Shown piece by piece: positions 13,162 through 27,021 of a stretch of 64,000 nt of DNA. How positions within the stretch are numbered: the stretch's first letter is position 1; each line of letters opens with the position of its first letter. Source of the stretch: Octopus vulgaris (Eukaryota); contig OX597819.1 in assembly GCA_951406725.2 (NCBI GenBank), positions 118,606,001-118,670,000 of the forward strand, given 5' to 3'. The translations under genes and the position numbers were made by a program. The notes under the pieces are model-generated. The model was not told where the DNA came from and did no database searches. It worked only from the letters and a program-made list of their open reading frames with translations.

Positions 13162-13509
13162 AAATTTAATTCAGTTGCGGTTGTCCTCCGAGATCGAAAC
13201 GAAGTTTTTATTGTTATGATTGTTGTTGCTATTATTATTAGCGCCAACAACTACACTATTTCTATTATTATTAGTATTATCTATGGTACTACAACCAGTA
13301 ATACCACCGACAATAATACCGTTATTGTTGTTACCATCAACACTCCCATTGTTATTAACACGACTAATGCTATTATTAATATTATCATTGTTAACACTTT
13401 CGCTGCTGTCAATGCTGTTACTATTAATATTATTCCTATTATTATGATTGTATGATGGGTTGGAATTAGCAAGATTAGTGCTGACGATAAACATAGGATA
13501 ATTCGTTCA

Positions 13510-13571
<62 letters not shown>

Positions 13572-14328
13572 TGCAGATATATGTGTATACACATATGTAC
13601 ACAAACACACACAAGCACATTCACTACTCTTCCATTAATTTCCGATTAACTGCAATGCATTTCATCCTTTGAGAGATAATGCCATTTTAGATATACAGTA
13701 CTTAGAATACAAGTTATTAATAGCTTCTTGACATAGAATTACTGAGATGAGTCAAATTATAAAGCGTGCCTTGTATCTCCAAGTTATCCTTGGCTGAATC
13801 ACATGTAATTCAGCCAGCCTTGAAATACAATAGAATATGTAGAATTTAGTAATTTCTCTGTTAAGAAACGTATTTCATGTTTTATATTCTACCAGGAATA
13901 CAGCGACGTTTTCTCTCTTCCACTCTACTCTATACAGAATATTCGTACGGGACTGTATTTTAGACTTCTATATTCTTGACGTTGTTATAAAATTCCCATG
14001 ATGAAAAATAAATGTTCAAATATCTGTTGATTATCTTACATTTATATTTCGTACGAGTCTACTTCTTTTGAACTTGAAGGGTTATGCAGGCATAGCTGAA
14101 TATTTCAAATTAAAGATCTGTGTGTTGTATAGTCTGGGAAATTGTATTACATTTGGATCTATGTGTAATATATTTGTTCAGTGTGCTCCCTGTATCGTCA
14201 GTGAATATTTTCTTCCTTATTTCCACACATGATTTAAGGTGGTTTCCACAATTTCTTTAGGTAGAACATACCAGAACAAGGTAATTGATTCTGAGCTGTT
14301 ATAGGACATCCTGTGTTTCTTTCTTTGG

Positions 14329-14383
<55 letters not shown>

Positions 14384-15968
14384 TCTTAGATAGAGTGCGG
14401 AACATTTTACCGTAAATATGTTGCGTTAATTTTCATATTCTTGCGGCAGAATATTGTCCTTCACAGTAACACATGAACATTTAAGAAATATTAGATAATA
14501 GATATAGGGTTTATTGTCGCAACTTATAAAGAAACGAATCGTAAGAATATACGAACAAATAATATATATAACATTACACCGATATCTGCATAAATATCTA
14601 CGTATATAAACACTCGATAGAACAACTGTGGCTTTGAAGTATTTATTTACTAGTCTTTCGATATAAAAGACAAATATTTTTATATCAATATATATGTATA
14701 TCAAATCATATCCTGGTAACGTACGGAGAAACTCTCATTGAATCTCAGTCTTTGCTGGACAGATTTAAATACATCATAATTTATATAGTTACACAGTAGC
14801 ATATGAGTGCACATACGCATGTATACTTCAACATTTTCTATTTAGAAAGAAGCTAAAATAACGTTATTTACGCCAGAATGAATACTTTTATAACCGAAAC
14901 TTTGCTAAGTAGTTTTATATTGCGAGTGAAGTCCATGAAAATAAAAATAAAAAACTACACCTGATCATTATAAAATTTGAGGCATAAACAGAGAGTAAAA
15001 TATAACTCAACTAGTAATTTCCTGCGTTAGTGGTCTAAAAGTGTCAATGCGATTTCAACCCCAACGGCAAAATTACTCGTGTAGATTTCAGTTTCCTACA
15101 CACATATATATATATACAACGTTATTTAGAAATATACAGATTAAAATATGTTGTACTCGGACTGGAAAAATCTTTAACCTACACATTTCAACTATCAACA
15201 TGCATCATCACAATTAAATTCAACCTAAAATACTTGCAATTTGTTACAACAACGAGATTAATTGTGATATTTTTTTAAGAACAATACCCTTATTGTAAAC
15301 AACACGCTTAAAGAAAACAAAAATTAATTACACAATAAAAGTGAGCATTTGAATAACTACAATTTCAAGACATGTCTTGATCTGCAATACTTACGTATAT
15401 GATTTAATACACCATCAACTGTAACATTAGAACGTTAATTTTGTAAAGATTGGTCTGAGCAATCTGAACTCGTAATCAAAATAAGGCCCAGTGTGCAAAT
15501 GGGAAATATTATGCAGTGAGAAATAGACAAGCAAGTAGTGGGCATTGTTATCTCGAACAAACATCCCAGATAACTGAACGAATGCTATATCTGCGTTTCA
15601 GATATAGCAATAAGAACATATAGAAATTGTAACTTATATGCCAGTTGAATTTTTTAAGCGTATATTTAATTAATATACGACTGTCAGAATAGCGACTATA
15701 AAACAGTATGTATCGAGGGTACCAAATTTAGTACATCTGGTAATATTTCCACAACATCGCTGAATGTACTACTCAAAGTCCCCTCATACGACCCTCTGCA
15801 GACACCTTTATTCTAACTTAAAAATGTAAAATCCCAAACATTCTGCTGTTTTCTTATCTACAAAATCCCTCTTTATATATATTGTCTATATATATTGTTT
15901 ATATATATTATCTAAATATATTATCTATAGAATACCTATATACATTGTAGGTGACTGATTTTGCTTAG

Positions 15969-16114
15969 GCATATGAAGAGCTAGCTCATACCATTCATAT
16001 GGTACTGACAAAGCGAAACCATTCAGGCACTCGGCTGTATCACCACTGGAACGACGGTCGCATTCTCCACCATAAATTCCCCATTCGATACAACACGAAG
16101 AGATTTTCTTTCTG
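15969..16114 (+). CDS. Candidate coding exon (AYEELAHTIHMVLTKRNHSGTRLYHHWNDGRILHHKFPIRYNTKRFSF..)
   Basis: gaCTGATtttgcttAG acceptor; open frame in unique, relatively GC-richer sequence. Possible donors at 16002 (GTACTG) or 16115 (GTAAAA). No recognised homology. Confidence 0.3.
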
Positions 16115-16513
16115 GTAAAATCTAAAGCATCATGACTTTGAATAATGCAAGCGTTCGATTAAGTACAGAGAAATGATGTTTCTTTTTTCTTTTAACTTTT
16201 ACCGCTAATAATAATCTTACACAATAATACAACCAATAATATTCGTGATTCCATTTTGTAAAGTTTCTAAAATTTACTTGTGCTTCCAAGCGTGATTTGT
16301 ATTAATAGACTATGAGTCCAACTCTCGGCAAAAGACATTCTCTCTATTCGAAACTAAAGACCATAATCTTATTTTATACATTAATGAATATAGATTTATT
16401 AAAATTTTCAATCGAAACTTTCAAAACATATTACCAAATATTTTTTAAACAAATCTCTGCTTTTATCAAAAGATTTTCTTGTAAGCTTTGGAGCGTGTGT
16501 TTGCATTTCTTAG

Positions 16514-16541
16514 CTCTCAAACATTCTGTGATTTTCACGAG
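16514..16541 (+). CDS. Candidate 28-nt exon (.SQTFCDFHE)
   Basis: gtttgcatttcttAG|...CACGAG|GTAAGC; phase 2 to 0 fits its neighbours. Confidence 0.25.
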
Positions 16542-17469
16542 GTAAGCTAACAACTATGTAAGCTGAAGAAATATTTTCCCGAATTGTTTTTGACATTATC
16601 ATAACAAAAAAGTAAGTTAAGCAGTTTATGTTTCGTTTTGTATATTTTATTTCCTCTATTATATTTTTTCATTATGATATTGCTTTTGACAAATTCATAC
16701 ACAATTTTTAGGATTATATGTGTTTTGCTGTTTTAATTTTAACATGTTTGTTGTTGGCAAACTTTTTAACGTTGAAGGAAAAATTTTAATTCTAATTCTC
16801 ATAATCCAGAAATTATTTGCAATTTATTTAAATTGCTACAGTTAATTTGTAATTTCCAAGGAGAATAAAGTTACTCGCTGACATTCTTGTTTTAATTTTT
16901 TCTGATATTTTGTTTCTTCTCCCTCTCTCTACGAAGATAAATATGACTATCTCTCTTCCCGCTCTTTCTCTCACTTTATATAGACATGCGCATATGTAAT
17001 CAGGTACACATATCCACCACACACACGCACACAAAGACATATATCGCATTATAAAATTGTCATTCCGTTGAATAAAATGCTTTTCTCTTGTGTATAAGTA
17101 TTCTATTCCTCTCTCTCGCTCTCCCTTTCCGTTTCTTTATCTCCTAGCAGATTCAATACACTTACTATCTAAAGTATTTCTCCTTCCTGTATAACAAGAT
17201 TATAAATTTTCATCTTACCCAAAGACATTTTAAGGTATTCTTGTAAATATTTTCATAATCAACAACTAATAGTCAATGTTTTTGTTTCTCTTTCATCCTA
17301 TCCTCTACAAGATATATAACACTGCTTTCTTACTCTGTTTTATTGTTTTTTGAAGAATCATTTCTCTTTCTGCTGCCCATGAAATATAAATCATTCACTA
17401 AGTAAATAAAAAATAAGTATATGAATATTTTACCCAAAACTCTCCAAGAACCTAGCTAATCGCGAATAT

Positions 17470-18305
17470 GTTTTAGGATAAGAAATTCCCAAATTGGATG
17501 TTTCCGGTTGTTTCTGCGATTGGCCAGAAATTGGCTAGTGTAAAAATACCCAGCTTCCCCAACTCTGATAAATGTTCTACAAGAATGGTTTGCAATATTT
17601 AGCATCCCAGAAAAGACAGTGTCGCATAATGGAACAAAATTTGTGTCTAGCGAATTTTAAAAATTCGCAGTTGGACAGAAAACTACTGCGCTATACAATC
17701 TCAGATGTCACCAACAGGCAGAACGCTTTGTCACTAGATTCAAAAGACCCCTTAGAAAATCGAATAAGGAAGTCACGGTTGAAGTAGCACTACCACAAGT
17801 TTTAAAAGTGTACCGTATGACACCAAATATGAATACACCAGCAAGTATCTCACCAACGGAGCTGATTGCAAGGAAAGGAACCCAGTTTTTGGTAAATTGG
17901 TACCTGACAAGAAAATAAAAAGTACCAGGGAAGACATACCAAGATTATTTAAAGTTGCTCAAAAGGTGTATATGAGGACATACAAGTATGGAAAGCAGGG
18001 TTGGGAAATGGCGTTTTTACCGAATACATAGGCAAAATAATGTATTAATTAAAATGTTTTAAAAAAAAACATACAAAAGAGACACAGGAACCAACTGTAA
18101 GGGAGATTCATGGGAAGCGAACCAAAAAGTTCGAGGAACTGAAGGAATGGTTATACGATACATTCCAAGTACCAATGTCATCGCAATAGTTTGAAACCAG
18201 GCGTACTAGTGAGAGGAAAAACAACACGCAGTGTTCCTGGAAATAGATGTCAAGAGAAAAAATATTAAACTGTACCAAAACATCTCAATAAAGGAGTTGG
18301 GGTGA
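17470..18305 (+). mobile_element. Decayed Ty3/Gypsy integrase remnant
   Basis: Fragments WPEI, VSHNGTKFVSSEF (cf. VSDNGTQFVSSEF) and YRMTPNMNTPASISPTEL; purine-rich aaaggagttggggTG at the end resembles a PPT. Confidence 0.75.
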
Positions 18306-18428
18306 ATAAAGAAACGTTTTGCTAATTAAATGACTCTTCCTAACAAACCATTAAAGTCAGGTGATGTAGGGAATTAGTAATAATGGTACACACCTCCCAT
18401 GTGATTAATGATATAACCTAATATACAC

Positions 18429-18827
18429 AGGCGCAGGACTGGCTGTGTGGTAAGTAGCTTGTTTACCAACCACATGGTTCCGGGTTCAGTCCCACTGCGT
18501 GGCACCTTGGGCATGTGTCTTCTACTATAGCCTCGGGCTGACCAAAGCCTTGTGAGTAGATTTGGTAGACGGAAACTGAAAGAAGCCCGTCGTATATATG
18601 TATATATATGTGTGTATGTGTTTGTGTGTCTGTGTTTGTCCCCCTAGCATTGCTTGACAACCGATGCTGGTGTGTTTATGTCCCCGTTACATAGCGGTTC
18701 GGCAAAGAGAGACATATAGAATAAGTACTGGGCTTACAAAAGAATAAGTCCCGGGGTTGAGTTGCTCGATTAAAGGTGGTGCTCCAGCATGCCCGCAGTC
18801 AAATGACTGAAACATGTAAAAGAGTAA
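18429..18827 (+). mobile_element. SINE family A, full length
   Basis: A/B boxes, CORE-like segment, internal (TA)/(TG)n and CR1-like tail; possible TSD CTAATATA (18418-18425, 18828-18835). Confidence 0.92.
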
Positions 18828-19164
18828 CTAATATAGTCAAAGAGAATACACATAAGGCGGTCGTGTTTTTACTGGTTTTACTAAGTATCCTGTATACCGA
18901 AGTGGGCGTTATAATAATCCAACGTTTTAATGGTTATTACTGGTACCAGACATGGTTATAAAAGTGACATTAACAAGTTACCAAAAGCCAAAAACAAAAA
19001 TATGAACAACAGAAATGTAGAAGACCAAACCTATTTGAATTGATACTGCACCCGGTACCACGTGTCTGCTACCTGTATATTGGTTTAGGATCGTATAACA
19101 GTTGCATGAGTAGCGTTATGAAGAGGCTACGAAACATAATGTTAGCCTCCTTTATAAAAAATGT

Positions 19165-19575
19165 ATATAGAAACTTTGGCATTCAAAGTTACCCCAACCG
19201 CAGAACGGAGCGCCACTGCATGGTGCCAAAGATTCCAGCATCACCCTCAAAATACAGGTCCAGATACTGCAACAGCTTGGGTTTCAGAGGACCACAGCTC
19301 TTTAACATCCTCCCTAAATGCCTGAGAGACTTACATGGTGTGGATGTGGGTTTCTTTAAAACTAAACTGGATCTCTTCATGTCGGGAGTCCGAGATGAAC
19401 CTACCAAACGACAGGAGAAGCAGATGCGGGCAGCAGCGTCGAACTCCCTTGTTGATCAAGTGCCACGTATCAGAGGTGGATTCACATATTAGTGTAGCTC
19501 ATTCAGCGGTGGTGCCCCTGCATGGCCGCGGCCTCCGGGCTAAAACATTTTTAAGGATTTAAGGATTTAAGGATA
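19165..19575 (+). mobile_element. CR1-like LINE 3' end (ORF2 C-terminus, 3' UTR, (TAAGGATT)n tail)
   Basis: NFGIQSYPNRRTERHC...RYCNSLGFRGPQLFNILPKCLRDLHGVDVGFFKTKLDLFMSGVRDEPT...RAAASNSL; tandem tail ttaaggatttaaggatttaagg. Confidence 0.92.
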
Positions 19576-20043
19576 GATGTTTTGATTGTTGAACACCAAC
19601 TGTTTTGCCGTATTGCAAAATTAGAAAATGACAGCTGTATTTGTTGCAACTATTCCAAAACCAAATCAATGCACACCTGCATACAAGATCCCTACAAACA
19701 ACAAAATCAGAATCGACCATTGACAACTAAATTCCGCAATATCAAAGCAGAAGGCTAATGAAAATCAATAAAAGATTTAAGATCTCCAACCAGAGAGCAA
19801 TTAAGTGTTCTATACAATTGCACATGATTCAGGAAGCTAATAGGAAAGGCAACGGCCATTTTTTGCTGTCTTACTCATACCGCCAAATTCAAGCTTGATT
19901 TATATCTAAGAAGCGTGAATATAAGGAGAATATGTTACATTTAGGCCTAGAGCGTAACATTTTGCGTAGGTTTCTTCTACTATAGACACGGGCTAACAGA
20001 AGTGGCAGAAGTGGACGTGGTAGACAGAAGCAAAGAGAAACCC

Positions 20044-20094
<51 letters not shown>

Positions 20095-20128
20095 TAAGTA
20101 TATATTTATACACACACATATATGTATA

Positions 20129-20211
<83 letters not shown>

Positions 20212-20884
20212 ATATACCAAATGCATCAAGTACAGGACGTCACAAACGATTGACAAATCTGTGACCACATAATGAGAGACAAGTGCGGGACAAAATAGTA
20301 AAAGAACTCTGATCGCCTCCTCAGTTGTCGATGTTAATTACTCCGTGTTTCGGGCTTTCAACGACAACATAGGAAGTTTTCATAAATCAGAAACATCCAA
20401 AAGTATTTAAAATATAGAATTTGTGGAAAGTGAGAGCGTCGAACGAACAAATAACGACAGAGTGGACGCACAGAGAAAACAATCGACGAAGACAAACATT
20501 AATTGCTTTTAAGCCAAAACGCATTGTAAAGAGTAACGCCTGAGAAAAAAGTTTGAATGGCTAGAGAATAAATAGAAGAGGAGAGGTAGGGGAAAGAGAA
20601 GAAAATAATGGAGGAGAAAAATGTCGGGTGGCGATAAGCATGAAGTACACCTAAATGGATGTCACCGCCAGAAAAGACACATTTGAAAGAAATGGCATGT
20701 ATTCACGTGGGAGCAAACAGGCAGATGGGGGACAAAAGAGATGTTGAGGGAAAGAAAGGGAGTGAGGAGAAGGGAGAATGAATGAAAGATATCAGGGAGT
20801 GGGAAAAATAGACGGCAAAGAAAGGAGGGTGAGTATATCTAAGCACATATATATATATATATGTATGTATATATATATATATAC

Positions 20885-20934
<50 letters not shown>

Positions 20935-20937
<3 letters not shown>

Positions 20938-21290
20938 AAAGAAAGAAAAATGGAGTTGAACGACGATTTAACAAAATTCTTTTATTCTCGACATATGTTT
21001 CGAAGGCTGCATATTCCTAATTTCGAAGGAATAAGGGGTGCATTATGCCGCCTTCTCATCAGGAAAAACAAGAAACTTATGTCAGCATCAAGATGAACAA
21101 AAACTCTTAGATGGCTGCCCACACGGAGTCCATAGCGATATTTAAAAAAAAACACACAAATTTCCACACAAAAGCACGTGATCTTTGCCCTTGGCATGTA
21201 GCTTCAACCGTGTTTTTCTGATGTGAATTTGCTACCCAGGTACCGGTTAACCGAATTAACCATACTAAGAAAATTCATTCAACTACTTAA
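20935..21290 (-). mobile_element. Penelope-like terminal-repeat fragment between (TA)n tracts (same family as 12358-13511)
   Basis: 20945-21066 aligns with 12365-12487. Confidence 0.8.
20985..21067 (-). ncRNA. Minimal type I hammerhead ribozyme
   Basis: Reverse complement: ttttc-CTGATGA-gaaggcggcata...tatgcagccttc-GAAA-catatg-TC|gagaa. Confidence 0.88.
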
Positions 21291-21329
<39 letters not shown>

Positions 21330-21375
21330 TATTACATATATAGATATGTATATATGTGTGTGCGTGTGTATGTAT

Positions 21376-21474
<99 letters not shown>

Positions 21475-21539
21475 TAGATAGATAGATAGCTAGATAGATA
21501 GATGGAGATATATATATATATATATATATATATGCTTGT

Positions 21540-21765
21540 GTGTCTTTCCATTTTATGTGTTTTCTCTCACCACTGCTCAACAACCGGTGCTGGCGTTTGT
21601 TTGTATCCCCATAACACAGGAATTCGGTAATAGGGACTGTTAGAATATGTCCTACGCTTAATAAATAACGGTACTTGGGTTCGATTTATTCGACAAAGAA
21701 TTCTTCAAAACAATGCCCCAACATGGCCCTAATCAAATGACTGAAACACATGAAAGAGAATAAAG
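21540..21765 (+). mobile_element. SINE family A, decayed 3' half
   Basis: CAACAACCGGTGCTGG...ATGCCCCAACATGGCCCTAATCAAATGACTGAAAC. Confidence 0.75.
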
Positions 21766-22551
21766 ATATGAATATATGTATATATGTGTGTGTGTGTTTG
21801 TGTGTGTCTGTATGTCTGTGTGTATCAGAAACTCAAACATAGCAGCAATTTCTGAAGCGTCTCTATCAATTTACTTATAAATACGTCAAAACATTTTCTT
21901 AAAAAATCTTCAGACATATTTAGAATGCTTGACGGTGCAAGGGATAAACACTGTAGGAAGAGGAAGAACAGTATAGCTATGTCTATATATAAAACAGGAT
22001 GCGATGGCTTTAAATGTTGCTATGACAATGAATTGGAATGATGTAACTATTTAAGTAAAAGCGCAAGGTCGTAACGTTGAAAATTATAATCACTGTTGAT
22101 ACCAGGGCAGAAATGGGGCAGCGACATACTCACACAAGTACACACAGACACACAGAGACACAAAATCACACACACACACATACTTATATACACACATATA
22201 CAGAGAAATAATGCAAATATGAGAGTGTGTTAAATCATGTGCGAGTGTATGTGTTTCTTTGCTTTTCTTAATATTTTCTGAGCTGAGACTCTCCGATCAA
22301 CATCTGTCTTTTATTAAGTTATGACGTCATTATATACTTATGTCGTATATCCAGTTGGATATACATGACTTTATATTGATATTCATATATATTGCATTTA
22401 ATGTTGAAATTTACTTTTGAATTGTTGAATCCGTTTATTCAGAAGCATTAATAATCTAGCATTTCATTCAAATGTCATCTCATATATTTATCTAAAGAAT
22501 GGAATATATGGCAGTATGAGACGAAAATTGTATTAGTAATTTTTTCCTTAG

Positions 22552-22644
22552 TTTACAGCAGTAATCAAAATCCATTCACATAAATTCTTACAAGCCAAAT
22601 ATGGAATTCTTGACACTGCATTTATATGGCTGAAAACGGAAGAA
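22552..22644 (+). CDS. Candidate 93-nt exon (FTAVIKIHSHKFLQAKYGILDTAFIWLKTEE)
   Basis: taattttttccttAG acceptor (alternative AG at 22557-22558), GAA|GTAAGA donor, open frame with protein-like composition. Confidence 0.35.
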
Positions 22645-23245
22645 GTAAGATCACTCTACTGAGCGTAAACGTAGCTTCAGAATATTTTATTGTGTCTGTT
22701 AATGAATTAAAACTGAAGCATTTTTAACGATAATTCAAGTGTCATTTTCAAGTACCTCTCATAACAATTACTATGGAATCAACATCGACATGTCATTCAG
22801 CAGTATTTTCTTTCGTGTATATTCATCCATTGTGTTTCTCTTCTATATTCTCAATCAATATTTGCTTTGTTATCGCAGCTGGTTTCAATATCAATCCTTT
22901 TGTCACTATGATTTTTTTTTCCTGTTCCCTTGTCTCAAATATATTTCTCTGTGATGTCATGTGGACGGATTTAAGTTCATTATTTATTGACGGTTGTTGT
23001 TTTCATTCAGTAACGCATGACTTAATCCGTGCAGCGTCTTTACACAAAAGTCTTCTACTAGCAATATATACTAGCGTCTAACCGGGGAAATTTCATCATC
23101 GTCGACGTCGTCATCCTCATCCACATCCTCTTGGTCGTCGTCGTCATCATCATCATCATCATCATCAATATCGTCATCGTCATCATCTCCTCCTTCTCTT
23201 TCTTCTTCTACACACCCACACACACATATACATATACATATAAAT

Positions 23246-23610
23246 AGGCGCAGGAGTCGCTTTGTAGTAAGTAGATTGCTTACAAACCAGATGGATCCGG
23301 GTTCAGTTCCACTGCGTGTTACCTTGAGCAAGTGTATTCTGTTATAGCCTCAGGCCGACCAAAACCTTGTGAGTTGATTTCATACATGGAAAGTGAAGGA
23401 AGCCCTTCATATATATATAAGTGTGGGTGTGGGCGTGTTTGTGTGTCAGTGTTTCTGCCCCCACCATACCTTGACAACCGAAGCCTCCGTAAAAGTTATG
23501 ATAGAATAAGTTCTAGACTTACAAAGAATACACCCTGGGGTCGATTTATTCGACTAAAGCTGGTGTTCCAGCATAGTCGGAGTCAAATAACTCAAACAAA
23601 TTAAAGAATA
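23246..23610 (+). mobile_element. SINE family A, diverged near-full copy
   Basis: AGGCGCAGGAGTCGC...GGTTCAGTTCCACTGCGTG...GGTGTTCCAGCATAGTCGGAGTCAAATAACTCAAAC. Confidence 0.85.
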
Positions 23611-23699
23611 ATATATATATATATATATTAGACAAGAATTACCTAATAATATGATTACATGTAGCTAAATTTTATCTTTTCTATACAACTGAATGTACA

Positions 23700-24320
23700 A
23701 GGCACTAAACAACTAATAGCTAAGTACTACCTAGATCACCGAGTTCATGTTTCCGAGTGCTACCATAGATCATTTCGGAGATTGAAGCCATGAAATCACT
23801 CACGAAACCAGGCAAAAGAGCATTCTTAAAAAGTCACTCAATACGATCTGGACGAACCGAGTTCTTAACAAGATCATCGACACTATACTGTTTTTTGGGA
23901 GCCGGTGGGATATATTAATTTAAGAAGTTGCAATGTATGGATGCGGAATCTGGACCCCAGAAGCGAACGAGGTTGAGAAATAAAAGCATTTGAAACACCG
24001 TGCTGTCGAATATTAGAGGTAATTTGTTGGATTGACCATCGATCAAACGTGTCAGTACTTGTGGAAATGGTGGGAGATTAAGAGAAGTTTTAGCAGATAT
24101 GAGGGAAAGCAGCAACATTTTTGGTGCATCATATGAGCCAAGAATCTGAGCACAAATATAATTGAAAGGCCAATGGGAAACGAGGAAGGTCAAGACTGAA
24201 GTGAAAATATGGACAGAAAGATTGTTGCTGAATAGATAAACACGGGCAGAGACAAGAATTGATGGAAGAAGATGTGAACGCATCCATCTTAGACCCTTTG
24301 CGATGGGAATAATAAGCATA
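23700..24320 (+). mobile_element. Decayed RTE-type LINE, ORF2 C-terminus
   Basis: VAMYGCGIWT...KAFETPCCRILEVICWIDHRSNVSVL resembles the RTE motif LYGCETWT...AFEMWCYRRML.ISW.D.RTNE.VL. Confidence 0.75.
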
Positions 24321-25238
24321 GTAATGCAACATAAGAATTAATATTATATTGTAAAGTGTGTGATATTTGAATCTGTGTTTTCGATGTATGATATAGTAAT
24401 ATTTTAATGCTTTATTTTAGATGAAATATGTGTCTGACTATTATGAATGCAATAAAATAAATATAATTATATAAAACTAATGTTTATAGATATTTCCTCA
24501 TTACAGAATAATTTCTGTACGTTCACCGAATGAATTATATACATTGCTTCTACAAGAATAGTAGCAGGAATTGAGAGGGCACACTATGATCCAGAGTGAC
24601 AGAGTTCCATGTAGTGTGTAAGGGGAGTCTCTTTGGGATTCAGTACCGCATCCTTTTATAACTCCCCTGGCAAAGATATAAACATCAGAAATATTTTTTA
24701 TTTGGAGGTTCGTTCAGCTTTCCTTTAATGTCGTTGCTGTTGCTTGCTACCTGTCGGTTCGTACTGAGTGTCGAAAACTATTTCCATATCAGTTGTAGAA
24801 GTTTATGTTGATATTTCGAGGTTCAACCAGTTGGTCATTATGTTACATAAAAATAACTAGGCAACAGTTCTAAACAAAAAGTCCAGGTGAAGTGGTTCTA
24901 AATATCCACCCATATGTACATGTCAATGTTTAACAATTATTGCAACAATGTATACGGTTTTGTAAATTTTATTCACTAAGCATGTTATTTTCTCCCGTAA
25001 GTATTAATGAGGACTTAGGATTAGCGGCAAAGCAATTCACATTGCATTTTAATACGTTAGAATATCGCTTTTAGCTAAATATTTTTAATCTATTACTAAA
25101 TAATTTTAATCGATGTTGATGCATTGTTAATGTTAAGAGTATATAAAATATTTATTTTATTTCGTTCATTTTCGTGATGGCTTTGTTAGTATATATATAT
25201 ATATATATATATATCCATGTATATATATACATACACAT

Positions 25239-25366
<128 letters not shown>

Positions 25367-25592
25367 TTATATACAGGCTTACTAGCATACGCGTATCGTC
25401 AAAAATCTCGCGTGATATATTTTAAGATAGAATTATTGATAGAATGTATGACTGGAATGAATGGAATTATCAAAACAATGACAGAAGCCATTGATAAATA
25501 TCAGCAATCGATAAATATATGTATATTCAAAGAATTGAAAAAACTTGAAGAATCTGAAATAACGTGTGTGTTGAAAATATTGACCGAAAAGC

Positions 25593-25625
<33 letters not shown>

Positions 25626-26612
25626 TGTATGTATGTATGTATGTATGTATGCATGCATGCATGTATATATGTATGTGTGTATGTATGTATGCATACATGT
25701 ATGCATGTATATATGTATTTATGTATGTATGTATATATGTATTTATGTATGTATGTATGTATATATGTATGTATTATGTGAATATGAGTGTGTGGATAGA
25801 GTTACATATAGTATGCATATTCATAATCATATGTGTATATGCATGTGTAAGTGTGTGTGTGATCGTGTGGGTATGTAAATGAGCATGCGCAGGTGCATGT
25901 TTGCTTACATTTTTTAATCGATGGAATCTGAAAAGGAACCAAGATTTTGAAGACAAAAAGTTCTATATTTAGCTTCATGTGTGTGTATGTGTGTGTATAT
26001 ATATGTATGTGTGTGTGTGTGTCTCTATGTGTGTGAATTAGATAATCTAAATAAAACTTGCTATAAATATTTGCAGTTGTAATTGTATTAGAATACCAGT
26101 GAATTTACGGGCAAAGTATTTTAGTCCAGTTCGCCTGCATTTAGCTTTTTTCTGAATGTAGCTCCCAGTTCGTTTGTTCTTTTACTTTTATTCTACTTCT
26201 GTAACACACGAGAGATACATTACCTTTTATTATATTCCTCTTGAAGTATATCTACTTATTCTAGTATTCCAAAGTGATATGAAGATACTATATTTAAGTG
26301 AGGTATGCATAAGCGTTGAAAATCTTCAATGTATTTTTTTGCAGAATAATTGCATATCAAAATATGTGAGCGGATAATAAGCTTAGTAAGATATATTCTG
26401 CATTACGCATGTTTCCTGCGTTTATAGAAGGTTACAAAACGCTACATGTTTCTCTGGCAGGTACCATTTTGGGACTTCTATCTGAATATTAAACTCGTGT
26501 ATTAGAGAAGAAGTAAAACAGAAATTGTTCCCAATTTCCTACTTTGTAATATATATATATATATATATATATATTTAAAAAAAGGAGATGTCGAACACGA
26601 GTGGTGATATAT

Positions 26613-27021
26613 AAAAAGGAAATGAAGAAAATGCTGACAAATAATTGAAGTAATTTAAGTAATTTAATTAGGTGAAAGTTCTTTTTACCGGTTGCGCATT
26701 TGTTATGCTTATCAAAATATAAAAGAGAGATTAGAGTTCCTTTCTTATAGAATTTTTCCTCTTATAAGAGGAAAAATTCTATAAGAAAGGAACTCTAATC
26801 TCTCTGCGCATTTGTTATGCTTATCAAAATATAAAAGAGAGATTAGAGTTCCTTTCTTATAGAATTTTTCCTCTTATAAGAGGAAAAATTCTATAAGAAA
26901 GGAACTCTAATCTCTCTTTTATATTTTGATAAGCATAACAAATGCGCAACCGGTAAAAAGAACTTTCACCTAATTAAATTACTTAAATTACTTCAATTAT
27001 TTGTCAGCATTTTCTTCATTT

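Larger units (their letters stand above)
12358..13511 (-). mobile_element. Penelope-like element 3' fragment (Asn-rich linker, GIY-YIG endonuclease, HHR-bearing terminal repeat) flanked by (TA)n
   Basis: GIY-YIG ORF at 12772-13161 and hammerhead at 12408-12487; both ends abut (TA)n. Confidence 0.88.

Noticed and set aside
14261-14280. 20-nt AG/GT-bounded segment; similar ones at 26265-26302, 26345-26365 and 45216-45233
   Set aside because: Not phase-compatible with the chain or too closely spaced; shows the chance rate of such sites.
15583-15609. 11-bp hairpin TGCTATATCTG-cgttt-CAGATATAGCA
   Set aside because: Isolated and short; plausible by chance in AT-rich DNA.
20300-20395. Minus-strand GAAA and CTGAGGA motifs with a ttgtcg/cgacaa stem
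   Set aside because: Order and pairing do not yield a complete hammerhead; probably a decayed PLE terminus.
25419-25595. Protein-like stretch inside the 221-aa ORF (IELLIECMTG...KILTEK)
   Set aside because: No convincing splice sites or homology; flanked by microsatellite-derived frame.
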